Source: a virus
Taxonomy: Duplodnaviria; Caudoviricetes
DNA: 57,279 nucleotides
IMG/VR virus record: IMGVR_UViG_3300032265_001645
Location: 1 to 57,279 of that record
Reading direction: 5' to 3' (one strand)
How positions within the stretch are numbered: the first letter of the stretch is position 1; the number at the start of each line of letters is the position of its first letter. The position numbers were made by a program, and so were the translations under genes. The notes beneath the pieces are model-generated. The model did not search any database, was not told where the DNA came from, and saw only the letters and a program-made list of their open reading frames with translations. Shown here in pieces: positions 8,967-17,689 of the stretch.

Positions 8967-10598
8967 ATAAAAGCACTGCGCCTACTCGCAGCATTATCCG
9001 TCGCACTATTCGCAGCATTCTATCCAGTACTAATTGTATCAACAGCATTTGGTGATGAGCCAACACTTTCTGCACCCACAAATCTTCAAGCTGAAGTAAG
9101 TGATGGCGCAGTTAAACTTGAATGGGAACCGCCAAAAACGGGAGATGTAGGTAGATACGCTATCTTCTTTATGTGCCCAACCAGTACTGATGGGTGTGGA
9201 AATGGGTACGCAATTTCTACCGGAAATGGTGGAGATCAACAATCTTTAAAGACAAAGATGACAATACCTGTAGAGCTATTGAACTCTATAGTTCCAAATG
9301 CAACTACTTGGTCTTTTGAAATTCGTGCAGACAATGATGTAACACAGGTTTATTCTGCATTTTCAAATTTAGCTACGATTAGTCTTGGCCGTCCAGTTCT
9401 TCCCAAACCAACTCAAATCCCCACTCCCACGCCAAGTCCTCAGCCAACTCAATCACCAACTCTAACAAGTGATCCGAGTCCTTCTGCAAGCGCTTCACCC
9501 GAGGCATCGCCGACAAGTAGCCCAACACCAAGCCCGAGCCCAAGCCCAGAACCAACACAGCAACCAACACCATCTCCTAGTCCTTCCGCTTCAGTAGAAC
9601 CCACACCGCAAACAACACCGTCCCCCACACCGGGGCCAGTACAACCACCGGTATTAGATACCACAACAGTGACCACTTCTCCATCAGATAATCCTACTCC
9701 TGCTCCTCAACCTACAACTCCACCAGTGGACCCTGCCCCAACAAGTCCTGCTCCTGAGCCTGCTCCACGGCCGGAGCCTGTAGTTCAGCCACCTGCTGTA
9801 GAACCTGCGCCGCAACCTGCGCCAGAGCCTGAGCCTGCCCCTGCGCTAGAACCTCAGCCCGAGCCCGCTCCCGCTCCCGATCCAGCCCCTGCACCAGACC
9901 CAGCTCCTGCACCTGCCCCAGACCCACAACCTGAGCCAGCTCCTGGGCCCGAGCCAGCGCCAGACCCAGCACCCGCATCTGATCCTCAGCCTGCTCCCGC
10001 ACCAGATCCTGCGCCTGCGCCAGAGCCTGCACCAGAACCTGCACCTGCTCCCGAACCTTTACCTGCTCCTGATCCTGCACCTGAACCTCCTGTTGTAGAT
10101 GGGCTAATACCTAATAGCCCTAACCAATTACCAGAGGATACACCTAAAGAAGCGCCAAACGAACTGCTGATACCGCACATACAGGAAGATAAACCCGGTG
10201 TAGAAAACGGTGGTATTGAATTCTTCGGTACTAAAAGTCAACCGCAGGTAATTCAAGAGGATGGAACTTTGACCCCACCACCGCCACCACCTGGTTCAGG
10301 CTTACCTATTCCACCGGATGCAATTACAATTACGGACACATTTATAGGACAACCAGGCGGAACAACATTTAACGCACCAGACGTTGCCGTACCAATCGTA
10401 GAAACACCTGTAGAACTACCAGCAGCGCTTGACGCTATCCCTGGTGCAGGTGCTGCGATTCAATCACTAAACCATGCGTATGTTGCTTTGGCAAACATAG
10501 GCAATGACATGTCCCCAGTTACACGTAAAAAAGCTAAAAAGATTCTAGTAGCCACAATTGTTGCCTCTGGAATTTCACAACTAAGAAGGAGATTCTAA
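8967..10598 (+). CDS. Secreted/membrane-anchored protein: signal peptide, FN3-like domain, long Pro-rich linker, C-terminal anchor; probable ATA start
   Basis: Frame is open from ATA 8967 (AAGGAG 6 nt upstream, in-frame TAG just before). It reads KALRLLAALSVALFAAFYPVLIVSTAFG, then APTNLQAEVSDGAVKLEWEPP (FN3 signature), PAPEP/PAPAPD repeats and a hydrophobic/basic C-terminus. Confidence 0.75.
   Translation: MKALRLLAALSVALFAAFYPVLIVSTAFGDEPTLSAPTNLQAEVSDGAVKLEWEPPKTGDVGRYAIFFMCPTSTDGCGNGYAISTGNGGDQQSLKTKMTIPVELLNSIVPNATTWSFEIRADNDVTQVYSAFSNLATISLGRPVLPKPTQIPTPTPSPQPTQSPTLTSDPSPSASASPEASPTSSPTPSPSPSPEPTQQPTPSPSPSASVEPTPQTTPSPTPGPVQPPVLDTTTVTTSPSDNPTPAPQPTTPPVDPAPTSPAPEPAPRPEPVVQPPAVEPAPQPAPEPEPAPALEPQPEPAPAPDPAPAPDPAPAPAPDPQPEPAPGPEPAPDPAPASDPQPAPAPDPAPAPEPAPEPAPAPEPLPAPDPAPEPPVVDGLIPNSPNQLPEDTPKEAPNELLIPHIQEDKPGVENGGIEFFGTKSQPQVIQEDGTLTPPPPPPGSGLPIPPDAITITDTFIGQPGGTTFNAPDVAVPIVETPVELPAALDAIPGAGAAIQSLNHAYVALANIGNDMSPVTRKKAKKILVATIVASGISQLRRRF
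9400..10090 (+). repeat. Low-complexity Pro/Thr/Ser then Pro-Ala-Pro-Glu/Asp coding repeats
   Basis: Degenerate tandem PTPSP and PAPEP/PAPDP units. Confidence 0.85.
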
Positions 10599-10777
10599 TG
10601 AAAGGCATCTTGCAAGATTTAGCTAACCAAATTTGGACCTTTGTAGGTTTATTTGCTGCATGGTTGGTATTAACTGGTAGCGCTAAAACTGTGGTTGGAG
10701 ACGCAATCCTCATTTCTATCTTTTTATGGATAGCCACCTACCGTCTACGTAACCCTAAGGATAAAAAAGATGAATAG
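10598..10777 (+). CDS. Small two-TM membrane protein (59 aa), missed by the ORF track
   Basis: MKGILQDLANQIWTFVGLFAAWLVLTGSAKTVVGDAILISIFLWIATYRLRNPKDKKDE; AAGGAG RBS; TAATG coupling. Confidence 0.75.
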   Translation: MKGILQDLANQIWTFVGLFAAWLVLTGSAKTVVGDAILISIFLWIATYRLRNPKDKKDE

Positions 10778-11054
10778 AGTAACTAATACAATTGCTCGCA
10801 TATTTGCAGTATTTGCTGCTTCAGGATTATCAGTAATTGGTGCTGGAGCTTTAGCTGGTGTTTCAACTATGAAGGCTGTAACTATCGCTGGAATTACAGG
10901 GGTAGCTACTGTTGTAGAACGACTAGCCCGTTCATTCCTAGATGATGGCAAACTTGATAAGTTTGAAATTGATGCAGCTTTTTCTCAAATAGACAGTAAG
11001 TCTTTAACAGAAGAAGACATAATTCTAGAGAAGAAAAAGTATTCTAAAGCTTAA
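10770..11054 (+). CDS. Membrane protein with EF-hand-like acidic loop
   Basis: Two hydrophobic segments, then DDGKLDKFEID; AAGGA RBS. Confidence 0.65.
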   Translation: MNRVTNTIARIFAVFAASGLSVIGAGALAGVSTMKAVTIAGITGVATVVERLARSFLDDGKLDKFEIDAAFSQIDSKSLTEEDIILEKKKYSKA

Positions 11055-12235
11055 CGATCGTTATGGCCACCAAGAACTACTAGTTCACGACGTGGGTCAA
11101 AGCCATCACCAAGAACCATAGATACAATGCCGGGAGCACTCTCAAGCCCAGACTTATCTCTAAACCAAGCTGAACCGTTGTCCATTGCAGGGTTTTGAAT
11201 AAATAAACGTGGTCCTACGCTCTTGGCGTAGTAGTGGTGGTAATGACCAACGTTTAGTATGTCGGCATTTGCAACAGCGCAACGTCCCATGGATTGTCCT
11301 CCCCACCACTTGACCATGTCTCGTGATTGGTGGCCATGTGCCATACCAAATAACACACCGCTTAGATTTACTGCAATAGTGCTGTCATCTGAAGCTGGGT
11401 ATCTAAACTCTACTCGTTCTTTTAAGAAATCATTTTCTTGACAGATATCTTCTACTTGAGACACGACCTCTATCTGCCATGAATCTTCGGGACGACCCAC
11501 TAAGAATCTCTGAACTTCGTCGTGGTTTCCTGGAACTACAGGGACAATAATTTTATTAGCTAAAGGTGCCATGGCTTTAATTTGAGCAAGAAGCATTCTG
11601 CGCCCTACACGGACTTGCTCTGATACGCCAATATCATGGCGACCCATTACTTTACCTTTTTGACTTGTCATACCCTCAATACAGTCGCCAAGCTGAGGTA
11701 ATGCTATCTGACCAATATCATACTTCTTTGAAAGATATTTATGATGCTCTACAGCCTCATCTAATGAACGAAGAACACGATCAATAATTAACGGAGTATC
11801 GTCTTTTCCATATTGAGTATCACCAATGCTGTATACGGCCGTAAGGTCGCCATTAAACTCTGAAACTTTTCCCGGTTTCCATTTAGAAACTGTATCTAGT
11901 AACTGCTCTAAATCATAATCTTTTTCAGTACTACCGTGTACTGGAACCACATTAACTCTAAAAGACTCTAACCAATCCCCATTAAATGTTTGCCAACGAG
12001 AACGGCGATGAGATACTACTGCCCACTCTGCCGGATTTAAATTTGCTTCACGAAGTATGTCTTCTGCACCGGGTGTATTGCCGTCTGGACGAGGCGTTGA
12101 AACTACAAAACCGCCATCTGTTCCAATCTCAGAACGCGGGCGCCAGGCATCCGGAATACTTTTATTTACTTTATCTGATCCTTGATTGCCAGATTGAATT
12201 ATAGAATCATACTCATCTGCTAGGGACATCCGCAT
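11051..12235 (-). CDS. Calcineurin-like metallophosphoesterase (Mre11/SbcD-like nuclease family)
   Basis: GDTQ, LGDCIEG, PGNHD, HGH and GHYHH motifs. Confidence 0.85.
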   Translation of the reverse strand: MRMSLADEYDSIIQSGNQGSDKVNKSIPDAWRPRSEIGTDGGFVVSTPRPDGNTPGAEDILREANLNPAEWAVVSHRRSRWQTFNGDWLESFRVNVVPVHGSTEKDYDLEQLLDTVSKWKPGKVSEFNGDLTAVYSIGDTQYGKDDTPLIIDRVLRSLDEAVEHHKYLSKKYDIGQIALPQLGDCIEGMTSQKGKVMGRHDIGVSEQVRVGRRMLLAQIKAMAPLANKIIVPVVPGNHDEVQRFLVGRPEDSWQIEVVSQVEDICQENDFLKERVEFRYPASDDSTIAVNLSGVLFGMAHGHQSRDMVKWWGGQSMGRCAVANADILNVGHYHHYYAKSVGPRLFIQNPAMDNGSAWFRDKSGLESAPGIVSMVLGDGFDPRRELVVLGGHNDR

Positions 12236-12453
12236 TCTCCGTTTCGGTGTGTAAGCAGAGATGTTAGGCCAAAGGTTGCCCCTGCTTTTTGATACAACTT
12301 AAATAAACTTCTAGTTGAAAAGTCTACATCATTAATTGATGTGGTAAACGCTGCCCTATCGTTGTCGGTCAAAGAAACAGACCACTGACCTACTACGCAA
12401 TGATTATTAATTTTGCTTCTATCTTTAGCTTCTGCATAAAGATCGTCTAACAT
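12220..12453 (-). CDS. Small hypothetical protein (Cys/His motifs)
   Basis: AAGGAGG RBS; C...HRNGECGC. Confidence 0.6.
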   Translation of the reverse strand: MLDDLYAEAKDRSKINNHCVVGQWSVSLTDNDRAAFTTSINDVDFSTRSLFKLYQKAGATFGLTSLLTHRNGECGCP

Positions 12454-12518
12454 GTTGCCCCTCCTTGGACTTTATGTAGGGCCCCGTTAAGGGACCCTAC
12501 ATACAAGCCTACACTACT

Positions 12519-12818
12519 TTAGTAAGAAGTGCTCATTCCTTCGCCGAAGCTATCAACACTTCGTTTAATTGCTGGGTTCATTACACGACCATTTGCCTGT
12601 GTTGAACCGGCAGCTGGATCGGTTTGCTTCATGTATGTAGCTTTAATTGTATGGGCAGCGCCGTCTTTATCGGGAGCTGACATACCCTTTTTACCCATTG
12701 GTTGAGCATATGGGTCTACTGACTTTGAACTTTTCTTAGGAACAAGTGTTCCCGCCTTGGGTGAGGCTGAAGGTGAAGAGAACTTCGCTCCTTCTTTACC
12801 CATTGTTTGACGTGCCAT
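12519..12818 (-). CDS. Hypothetical basic/disordered protein
   Basis: AAGGA RBS, TATCCT -10 upstream. Confidence 0.6.
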   Translation of the reverse strand: MARQTMGKEGAKFSSPSASPKAGTLVPKKSSKSVDPYAQPMGKKGMSAPDKDGAAHTIKATYMKQTDPAAGSTQANGRVMNPAIKRSVDSFGEGMSTSY

Positions 12819-12866
12819 AGTTTTTACTTCCTTAAGGTTGAGTTGAGATCTCGGTGTAAGGATACG

Positions 12867-13139
12867 TTAGATACCGAAGATTGTAAAGACAATCGCCGAG
12901 ATTTGGCCGTCTCTTGAGTCAACTGTGGTAAATCCAGGAATGCAGGCCAACCTCATTCCTCGAGGGGCAACGTAGCCGCTAGCAATAGCAATAGCTTTAA
13001 CAGCTTGGTTTACAGCAGAGGCGCCTACAGCGCGTACTTTAACTTGTGGGGATTCATAGAGGGCATGAGCAATGGCTGAGCCTACTGATTGGGCATTTGA
13101 TCCAGCGCCAACGCGCAGGAATTTTTCTTCTTCTGTCAA
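12867..13139 (-). CDS. spoVS: SpoVS-family (Alba-like fold) protein
   Basis: S..SVGSAIA...AVGASAVNQAVKAIAIASGYVAPRG..L.CIPGF...ISAI matches the SpoVS consensus along the whole length. Confidence 0.9.
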   Translation of the reverse strand: MTEEEKFLRVGAGSNAQSVGSAIAHALYESPQVKVRAVGASAVNQAVKAIAIASGYVAPRGMRLACIPGFTTVDSRDGQISAIVFTIFGI

Positions 13140-13226
13140 TTTGTAGTCCTTTGGGTTCGATTTATAGTGATGCCCTCGGAACTAAGTATTACTGGTTTTC
13201 CCCGTATTTAGGGTCTAAAGGTGTAT

Positions 13227-13811
13227 CTACTTGCCAGTATAAGTTCCTTCTCGAAACTTTGGATCGTTTAATTTAGTTACTATCTCTTTTTCGTATGCGG
13301 TATCTGCCCTACCTGAGGCTATTCTAGCTAAACCATAAGAGTCTGCGGCATTGTCATCCGTGAATTCTATTCCCCATTTTTTAAACACATTTAAAAGTAT
13401 TTGATTCTTGTTAATTCCCGTACCTTTGCCGGTTATATACTTCTTTACCATTGAGGGGGAAACGATTAAGGGGTACTTTGCTTTACCATAATAACAAAAA
13501 CAAGCAATCTCCATTTTAGTCATAGCCCCAACTTCTCCGGCCATATGAGCCATCGTAGAAGAGTAGGCGTAGCCTTCCATAGCTGAATCAAGGATTACAT
13601 ATACCTCAAGAACGTGCTCTCCAAAAAATAAAGCAATATCTCGTAACCGATCAACTCCGCGTAGGGGTGATGAATAAACCCAAGTTTTATATCGCAAACC
13701 ATCTTCACTAATAACGGTTACGCCAAAATGAGTTAAGGACTGGTCGACACCTAAGTAAACCTTTTCGTTATCTTCTATTCCACCATCAAATACTAAAGTT
13801 TTTGATTTCAT
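13227..13811 (-). CDS. RuvC-like Holliday junction resolvase
   Basis: LGVDQSLTHFG, AMEGYAY, KKYITGKG, DDNAADSYGLA. Confidence 0.85.
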   Translation of the reverse strand: MKSKTLVFDGGIEDNEKVYLGVDQSLTHFGVTVISEDGLRYKTWVYSSPLRGVDRLRDIALFFGEHVLEVYVILDSAMEGYAYSSTMAHMAGEVGAMTKMEIACFCYYGKAKYPLIVSPSMVKKYITGKGTGINKNQILLNVFKKWGIEFTDDNAADSYGLARIASGRADTAYEKEIVTKLNDPKFREGTYTGK

Positions 13812-14302
13812 GTTGTAAATTTACGTTGACGAGAGCGCATTCCCCCATCAGAAGTGCGACGAGTAAGTTCACGAGATACAAGCGCGGCATCTCGCTCTAC
13901 ATTCTCCATACGTGCCTCTATAAGCTTACGAAAAGCATACTTAGTATCTAACTCTTTTGAAAGCTTTTGTATTTCGGGAGAGGCTGCAATAGTGGCTTTA
14001 ACTAGGGTGACGGTTGTTCCTTTTGCTCCGGTCCAGTTACTAAGGATTGCGGTAGCCTCTGCATTATCTAATGCGCGTTGCGCTTCTCTCTCATCTATGA
14101 CAGAAACAGCAAATAATCCTGATGCGTGGTCATTCCACTGAGTAAGCTGAACAAATAGATCCATAAGTGCCGGGTCGTCTAGCTCAGTTATATCTCTTGG
14201 TAAACTTGGAATCTCATAGTTAGGTTTTTTAGGTAAACTAAATCCGCCTTCTGAAAGCGTTGCGATTGCTTCTTGGCTTAACCCAACCTTACTTGATGTC
14301 AT
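13808..14302 (-). CDS. Helical coiled-coil protein, possible UvsY-like recombination mediator
   Basis: Helical protein ending VSRELTRR, inside the recombination module; function is inferred from context. Confidence 0.4.
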   Translation of the reverse strand: MTSSKVGLSQEAIATLSEGGFSLPKKPNYEIPSLPRDITELDDPALMDLFVQLTQWNDHASGLFAVSVIDEREAQRALDNAEATAILSNWTGAKGTTVTLVKATIAASPEIQKLSKELDTKYAFRKLIEARMENVERDAALVSRELTRRTSDGGMRSRQRKFTT

Positions 14303-15179
14303 TAGCATCTTCCCCCCTAAATGGTTTGCAACGAGCACATCCTAGCACAGCATCAATGGTGCAAACTGGTGGGCGCTCGTTCTCTACGGCCCACACTACA
14401 TCTAAGGCCGCTTCAAAGTAAGGCTTTGAGAACTCTGGATCATACGTTACAGAAAACTCTTTATAGTCCTGATTAGATTTAAGTTCGTACATGAAGACTA
14501 TCTCATTAGGTGCTGAGGGTAAAGTACCTTCTTCAGCCATGATGTGGCACAAATGCAGGTAAACCTGTCCTTGAAGTTGATGAGTTCTAAAAGGCTGGCG
14601 TATATTTCTCCAAGCTGTATCTAGATCATTACTCCCACCAAATAATCCTGGAGCCTCTATGCGTATAGTTCCGGCACCAATTGTTTTAATTTCAATTAAA
14701 AAATCTTCCCCTAAACCTTTAACCCAACCATCAGAGTGCCCTGACATGCGGTGTTTAGCGCTGTACAAGGGCACTTCTTCATACTCAAGATCGCGTAAAG
14801 CTATGCCACGGACATCTTTAGAAGTAGCCCAGGTGTAGTCCCCCGTGCGATGGTTGTGCCACTTACCAAATAAAACACCCATCTCACGGAGATAGCCCTG
14901 CCACTTTGCATGAGCCCCGTGCCCTGTGTCAAAAATAGACTGAAGGCGAAGGGTGGGCCGCTCTCGAGTCTCTATGTAATTACCATTAAGAGCATGATAG
15001 GCTGCGAGAGCGCACCACTCGGGTTTAATAATATCAGAAGGATGTAGAACAGTCTGACTGCGCTCTTCAAAAGGTTTTGATAGAATGTGGCGCTCAATTT
15101 CGCCCATCAAGCGAGTATCTCTCTTTTTAGTTTCTAAGTAATTCTTTAACTTGATACTAGATACTGCTTTTTCTCTCAA
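14289..15179 (-). CDS. Cas4-like / PD-(D/E)XK exonuclease
   Basis: HPSDI..C, FDTGHGAH, GHSDG, IEIKT, QGQVY and C-terminal C..C..C (Fe-S-type). Confidence 0.85.
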   Translation of the reverse strand: MREKAVSSIKLKNYLETKKRDTRLMGEIERHILSKPFEERSQTVLHPSDIIKPEWCALAAYHALNGNYIETRERPTLRLQSIFDTGHGAHAKWQGYLREMGVLFGKWHNHRTGDYTWATSKDVRGIALRDLEYEEVPLYSAKHRMSGHSDGWVKGLGEDFLIEIKTIGAGTIRIEAPGLFGGSNDLDTAWRNIRQPFRTHQLQGQVYLHLCHIMAEEGTLPSAPNEIVFMYELKSNQDYKEFSVTYDPEFSKPYFEAALDVVWAVENERPPVCTIDAVLGCARCKPFRGEDANDIK

Positions 15180-15180
15180 T

Positions 15181-15501
15181 TTAAAACTCCTTGTTTTTGG
15201 CCAGCCATTGGTCTAGTGTTAATCCTTGTTTAGTATACTTCCTTTTAAGCGCATTGCGCTCTCTGTGACTCATACCGCCAAAGATTCCGTGAAGCTCATC
15301 GTTTTTTATTGCTTCTTTTAAACATTTATCTTTTACTGGGCATGCGGGTCTTCCATCCCGCCCATAGCAAATAGCCTTTGCAGCATCTGCTATAGGCTTG
15401 TATAAAGCTTTGTCTCGGGGAGGAAAGAACATTTCTGTGTCTTCACCTTTGCACTTAGCCTCATATCGCCAAGACCAAGATACTGTGTCTTTTTCGTACA
15501 A
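15181..15501 (-). CDS. whiB: WhiB-family transcriptional regulator
   Basis: W..EAKC...FFP...AKAIC...CPVKDKCL...GIFGGMSHRER. Confidence 0.92.
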   Translation of the reverse strand: MYEKDTVSWSWRYEAKCKGEDTEMFFPPRDKALYKPIADAAKAICYGRDGRPACPVKDKCLKEAIKNDELHGIFGGMSHRERNALKRKYTKQGLTLDQWLAKNKEF

Positions 15502-15819
15502 CTATTCACCTCGAATTGAATTACGTAGTTCAAGAAAGTCCTCCTCTCCCAAAATAACATAGTTCTCACCGTCGAGATGAATCCCTAATACTGGCGTACG
15601 GCTATCTAAAATAGCTTCTTTTGTAATCTTCTTTAAAACATCTGACTTGATTGTTACAGTTTTCTTTCCAGTCCACTTGTGTTCAATCAATAAATCGTCA
15701 GTTCTAACATCACCTTTGCGTGACCAAAAAGCTCCGGATGCGGCGCTTCTCTGCCCACCAAGTGCTTTTTCTAAACGCTTCTCGTGCTTAAGAGACTGCT
15801 TCTGTCCCTCACTCTTCAT
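15502..15819 (-). CDS. Hjc-like PD-(D/E)XK Holliday junction resolvase/endonuclease
   Basis: HEKRL...ASGA....GDV...LIEHK. Confidence 0.7.
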   Translation of the reverse strand: MKSEGQKQSLKHEKRLEKALGGQRSAASGAFWSRKGDVRTDDLLIEHKWTGKKTVTIKSDVLKKITKEAILDSRTPVLGIHLDGENYVILGEEDFLELRNSIRGE

Positions 15820-16870
15820 CGACAACCTCAATACGAGTTGCTGAACCATGCTTGAGTGAATCCATCACCGCATCGGTCAGTGCCTCTTTAAGGTCAACTT
15901 CTTCACGAATTGAGTTGAGAAGGTTGATAGAACCTTGCCATTTACGCTCATTATAATACAGCCATCCGCCCCTACGTTCAACCACCCCGTTGAGAAGAGA
16001 CATGGCAATGATCTCCTTACCACTGTCATATGCTCCGGCATCTATTTCCCCGCCCTCAGAGAAGTAGAAATCCATATAAGCCGTCTGCTGGGGTGGAAAA
16101 GTCTTGTTCTTAATGGTTCGAACACGAATAGTTTGCCCTACACGTCGCTTATTTTCCCCTGTCCCCACGTCAATCCACTCATCACGCTTGACCTCACAAC
16201 GAATAGAGTAGGCATAGTCCTTGCCGAGTCCGCCTGGGGTTGTTCGAGGATCCCCATGCATAACGCCAATCTTCATGCGGTACTGGTTAATCATGATTCC
16301 AAGGATAGGACGCTCTGACCCATCCATCAATCGCTTTGTAACTCCCGATACTTTTCTAAAGAACTTATTGGTAATAAGTGCGCCACGACCCACAGTGAAT
16401 TCATCCATAGCCTTCTCATCCTCAGCATTAGGAACCAAGGCAGGAAGGGAATCAACCACAACCATGTCAACAGCTTTACTTTCCATAAATTGAATGACCG
16501 CTTCAAAAGCATCCTCCATACTATTAGTCTCTACAATAATAACGCGTGTAGTATCTACACCACACATCTCTGCGTAGCCGGAATCAAACTGCTCTGCAGC
16601 AATCCATACAGCTGTGAAGTCGTCATCACGAGATTGATTTGCTGCAATGGTTTTAAGGGCTAGCGCTGTCTTGCCATGCGAAGCTTCGCCTACTAGCTCT
16701 ACCCAATGATTCATTGGCCAACCGCCACCTAAAACTGTATCTAAAGTTAATGACCCCGTAGTAATTCTCGCAGGAATATTTACTGCATCAGCAAACACAA
16801 CTGTACCTGCGCCAAGTTTTTTATTGATAACTGCCATAACTTTGAGAGCATCTGAATTAATCTTTGACAT
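15809..16870 (-). CDS. recA: RecA recombinase
   Basis: TGSLTLD..LGGG.P, Walker A GEASHGKT, VVVDS, INQYRMKIGVMHGDP.TTPGG, KNKT.PP. Confidence 0.97.
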   Translation of the reverse strand: MSKINSDALKVMAVINKKLGAGTVVFADAVNIPARITTGSLTLDTVLGGGWPMNHWVELVGEASHGKTALALKTIAANQSRDDDFTAVWIAAEQFDSGYAEMCGVDTTRVIIVETNSMEDAFEAVIQFMESKAVDMVVVDSLPALVPNAEDEKAMDEFTVGRGALITNKFFRKVSGVTKRLMDGSERPILGIMINQYRMKIGVMHGDPRTTPGGLGKDYAYSIRCEVKRDEWIDVGTGENKRRVGQTIRVRTIKNKTFPPQQTAYMDFYFSEGGEIDAGAYDSGKEIIAMSLLNGVVERRGGWLYYNERKWQGSINLLNSIREEVDLKEALTDAVMDSLKHGSATRIEVVDEE

Positions 16871-17265
16871 TAGCCGATCCGATCTACGATTGTTGTTGGG
16901 TTAAATCCGCCTTCTTGGCCTACTTGTCTTGCAGCTTTTACAGTTCCATTTCCAGTACCTGAACTAGATAGTCCGGAACCTTGTTGAATTATTGGATAGC
17001 CACAATCATAGCAACGTTTGCGCTGCGTACCTAATGGAGCAAAATAGTTTCCAGACATACACCCAGGACACATCTCAGACTCTCTTGCGCTTTGCGCACG
17101 AGTAACAAGTTGATCTTCAGAAGGATCGTAGGTTACTGGAACATTTGGAGATTGACGTTGTTGCGGCGCATACTGAATACGTGCCGGTGGGGATGATGGG
17201 GGCGCTGAAGGCTGTGGTTTTGGTGACCCCATCTTTCTTGCATACCAATCTGCATTACTCATCAA
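16870..17265 (-). CDS. Zn-ribbon hypothetical protein
   Basis: CPGC...CYDCGYP. Confidence 0.65.
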   Translation of the reverse strand: MMSNADWYARKMGSPKPQPSAPPSSPPARIQYAPQQRQSPNVPVTYDPSEDQLVTRAQSARESEMCPGCMSGNYFAPLGTQRKRCYDCGYPIIQQGSGLSSSGTGNGTVKAARQVGQEGGFNPTTIVDRIG

Positions 17266-17689
17266 CCCGTACCTCCGTATCTAGTAGTCCTAAATCCATA
17301 AGAGTTGAAATAGCTGAAACTGATGAAGAAAGAGAAACAAGTCTAAACAAAGCTGTTATTGTTTCTAAGTGCTCTTCTTCGACTACTCCGTCTAACAAAC
17401 CATCATCAACAGACTCCAGGTTATAAGCAGTAGCAGCAATTCTTGCAGCGATATCTGCATGTGACTCTAAAAAAGGAACTAAAGCGGCAAAGGCGCGTAA
17501 GCGCTCAACACTAGCTTGGTCTTCCATATCAGAAACTTCTTTAGAGATAGGTGGCAATCCCATATGGTCTGCTATGTGCTCTGGGTCATCAAAGATAGAG
17601 TCATAGATCATCTGTCGAATTAAGATCGGCATACGAAGCTCTATAATCTTCGTAATCTTTCTCTTTTTCTTTCTACTAAACAAACCCAT
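17255..17689 (-). CDS. Hypothetical protein
   Basis: TAATG-coupled to the polA stop. Confidence 0.6.
   Translation of the reverse strand: MGLFSRKKKRKITKIIELRMPILIRQMIYDSIFDDPEHIADHMGLPPISKEVSDMEDQASVERLRAFAALVPFLESHADIAARIAATAYNLESVDDGLLDGVVEEEHLETITALFRLVSLSSSVSAISTLMDLGLLDTEVRVDE

Noticed and set aside
14289-15179. Cas4-like gene as a sign of a CRISPR system
   Set aside because: No repeat-spacer array or other cas genes were seen; stand-alone Cas4-like nucleases are common in phage recombination modules.
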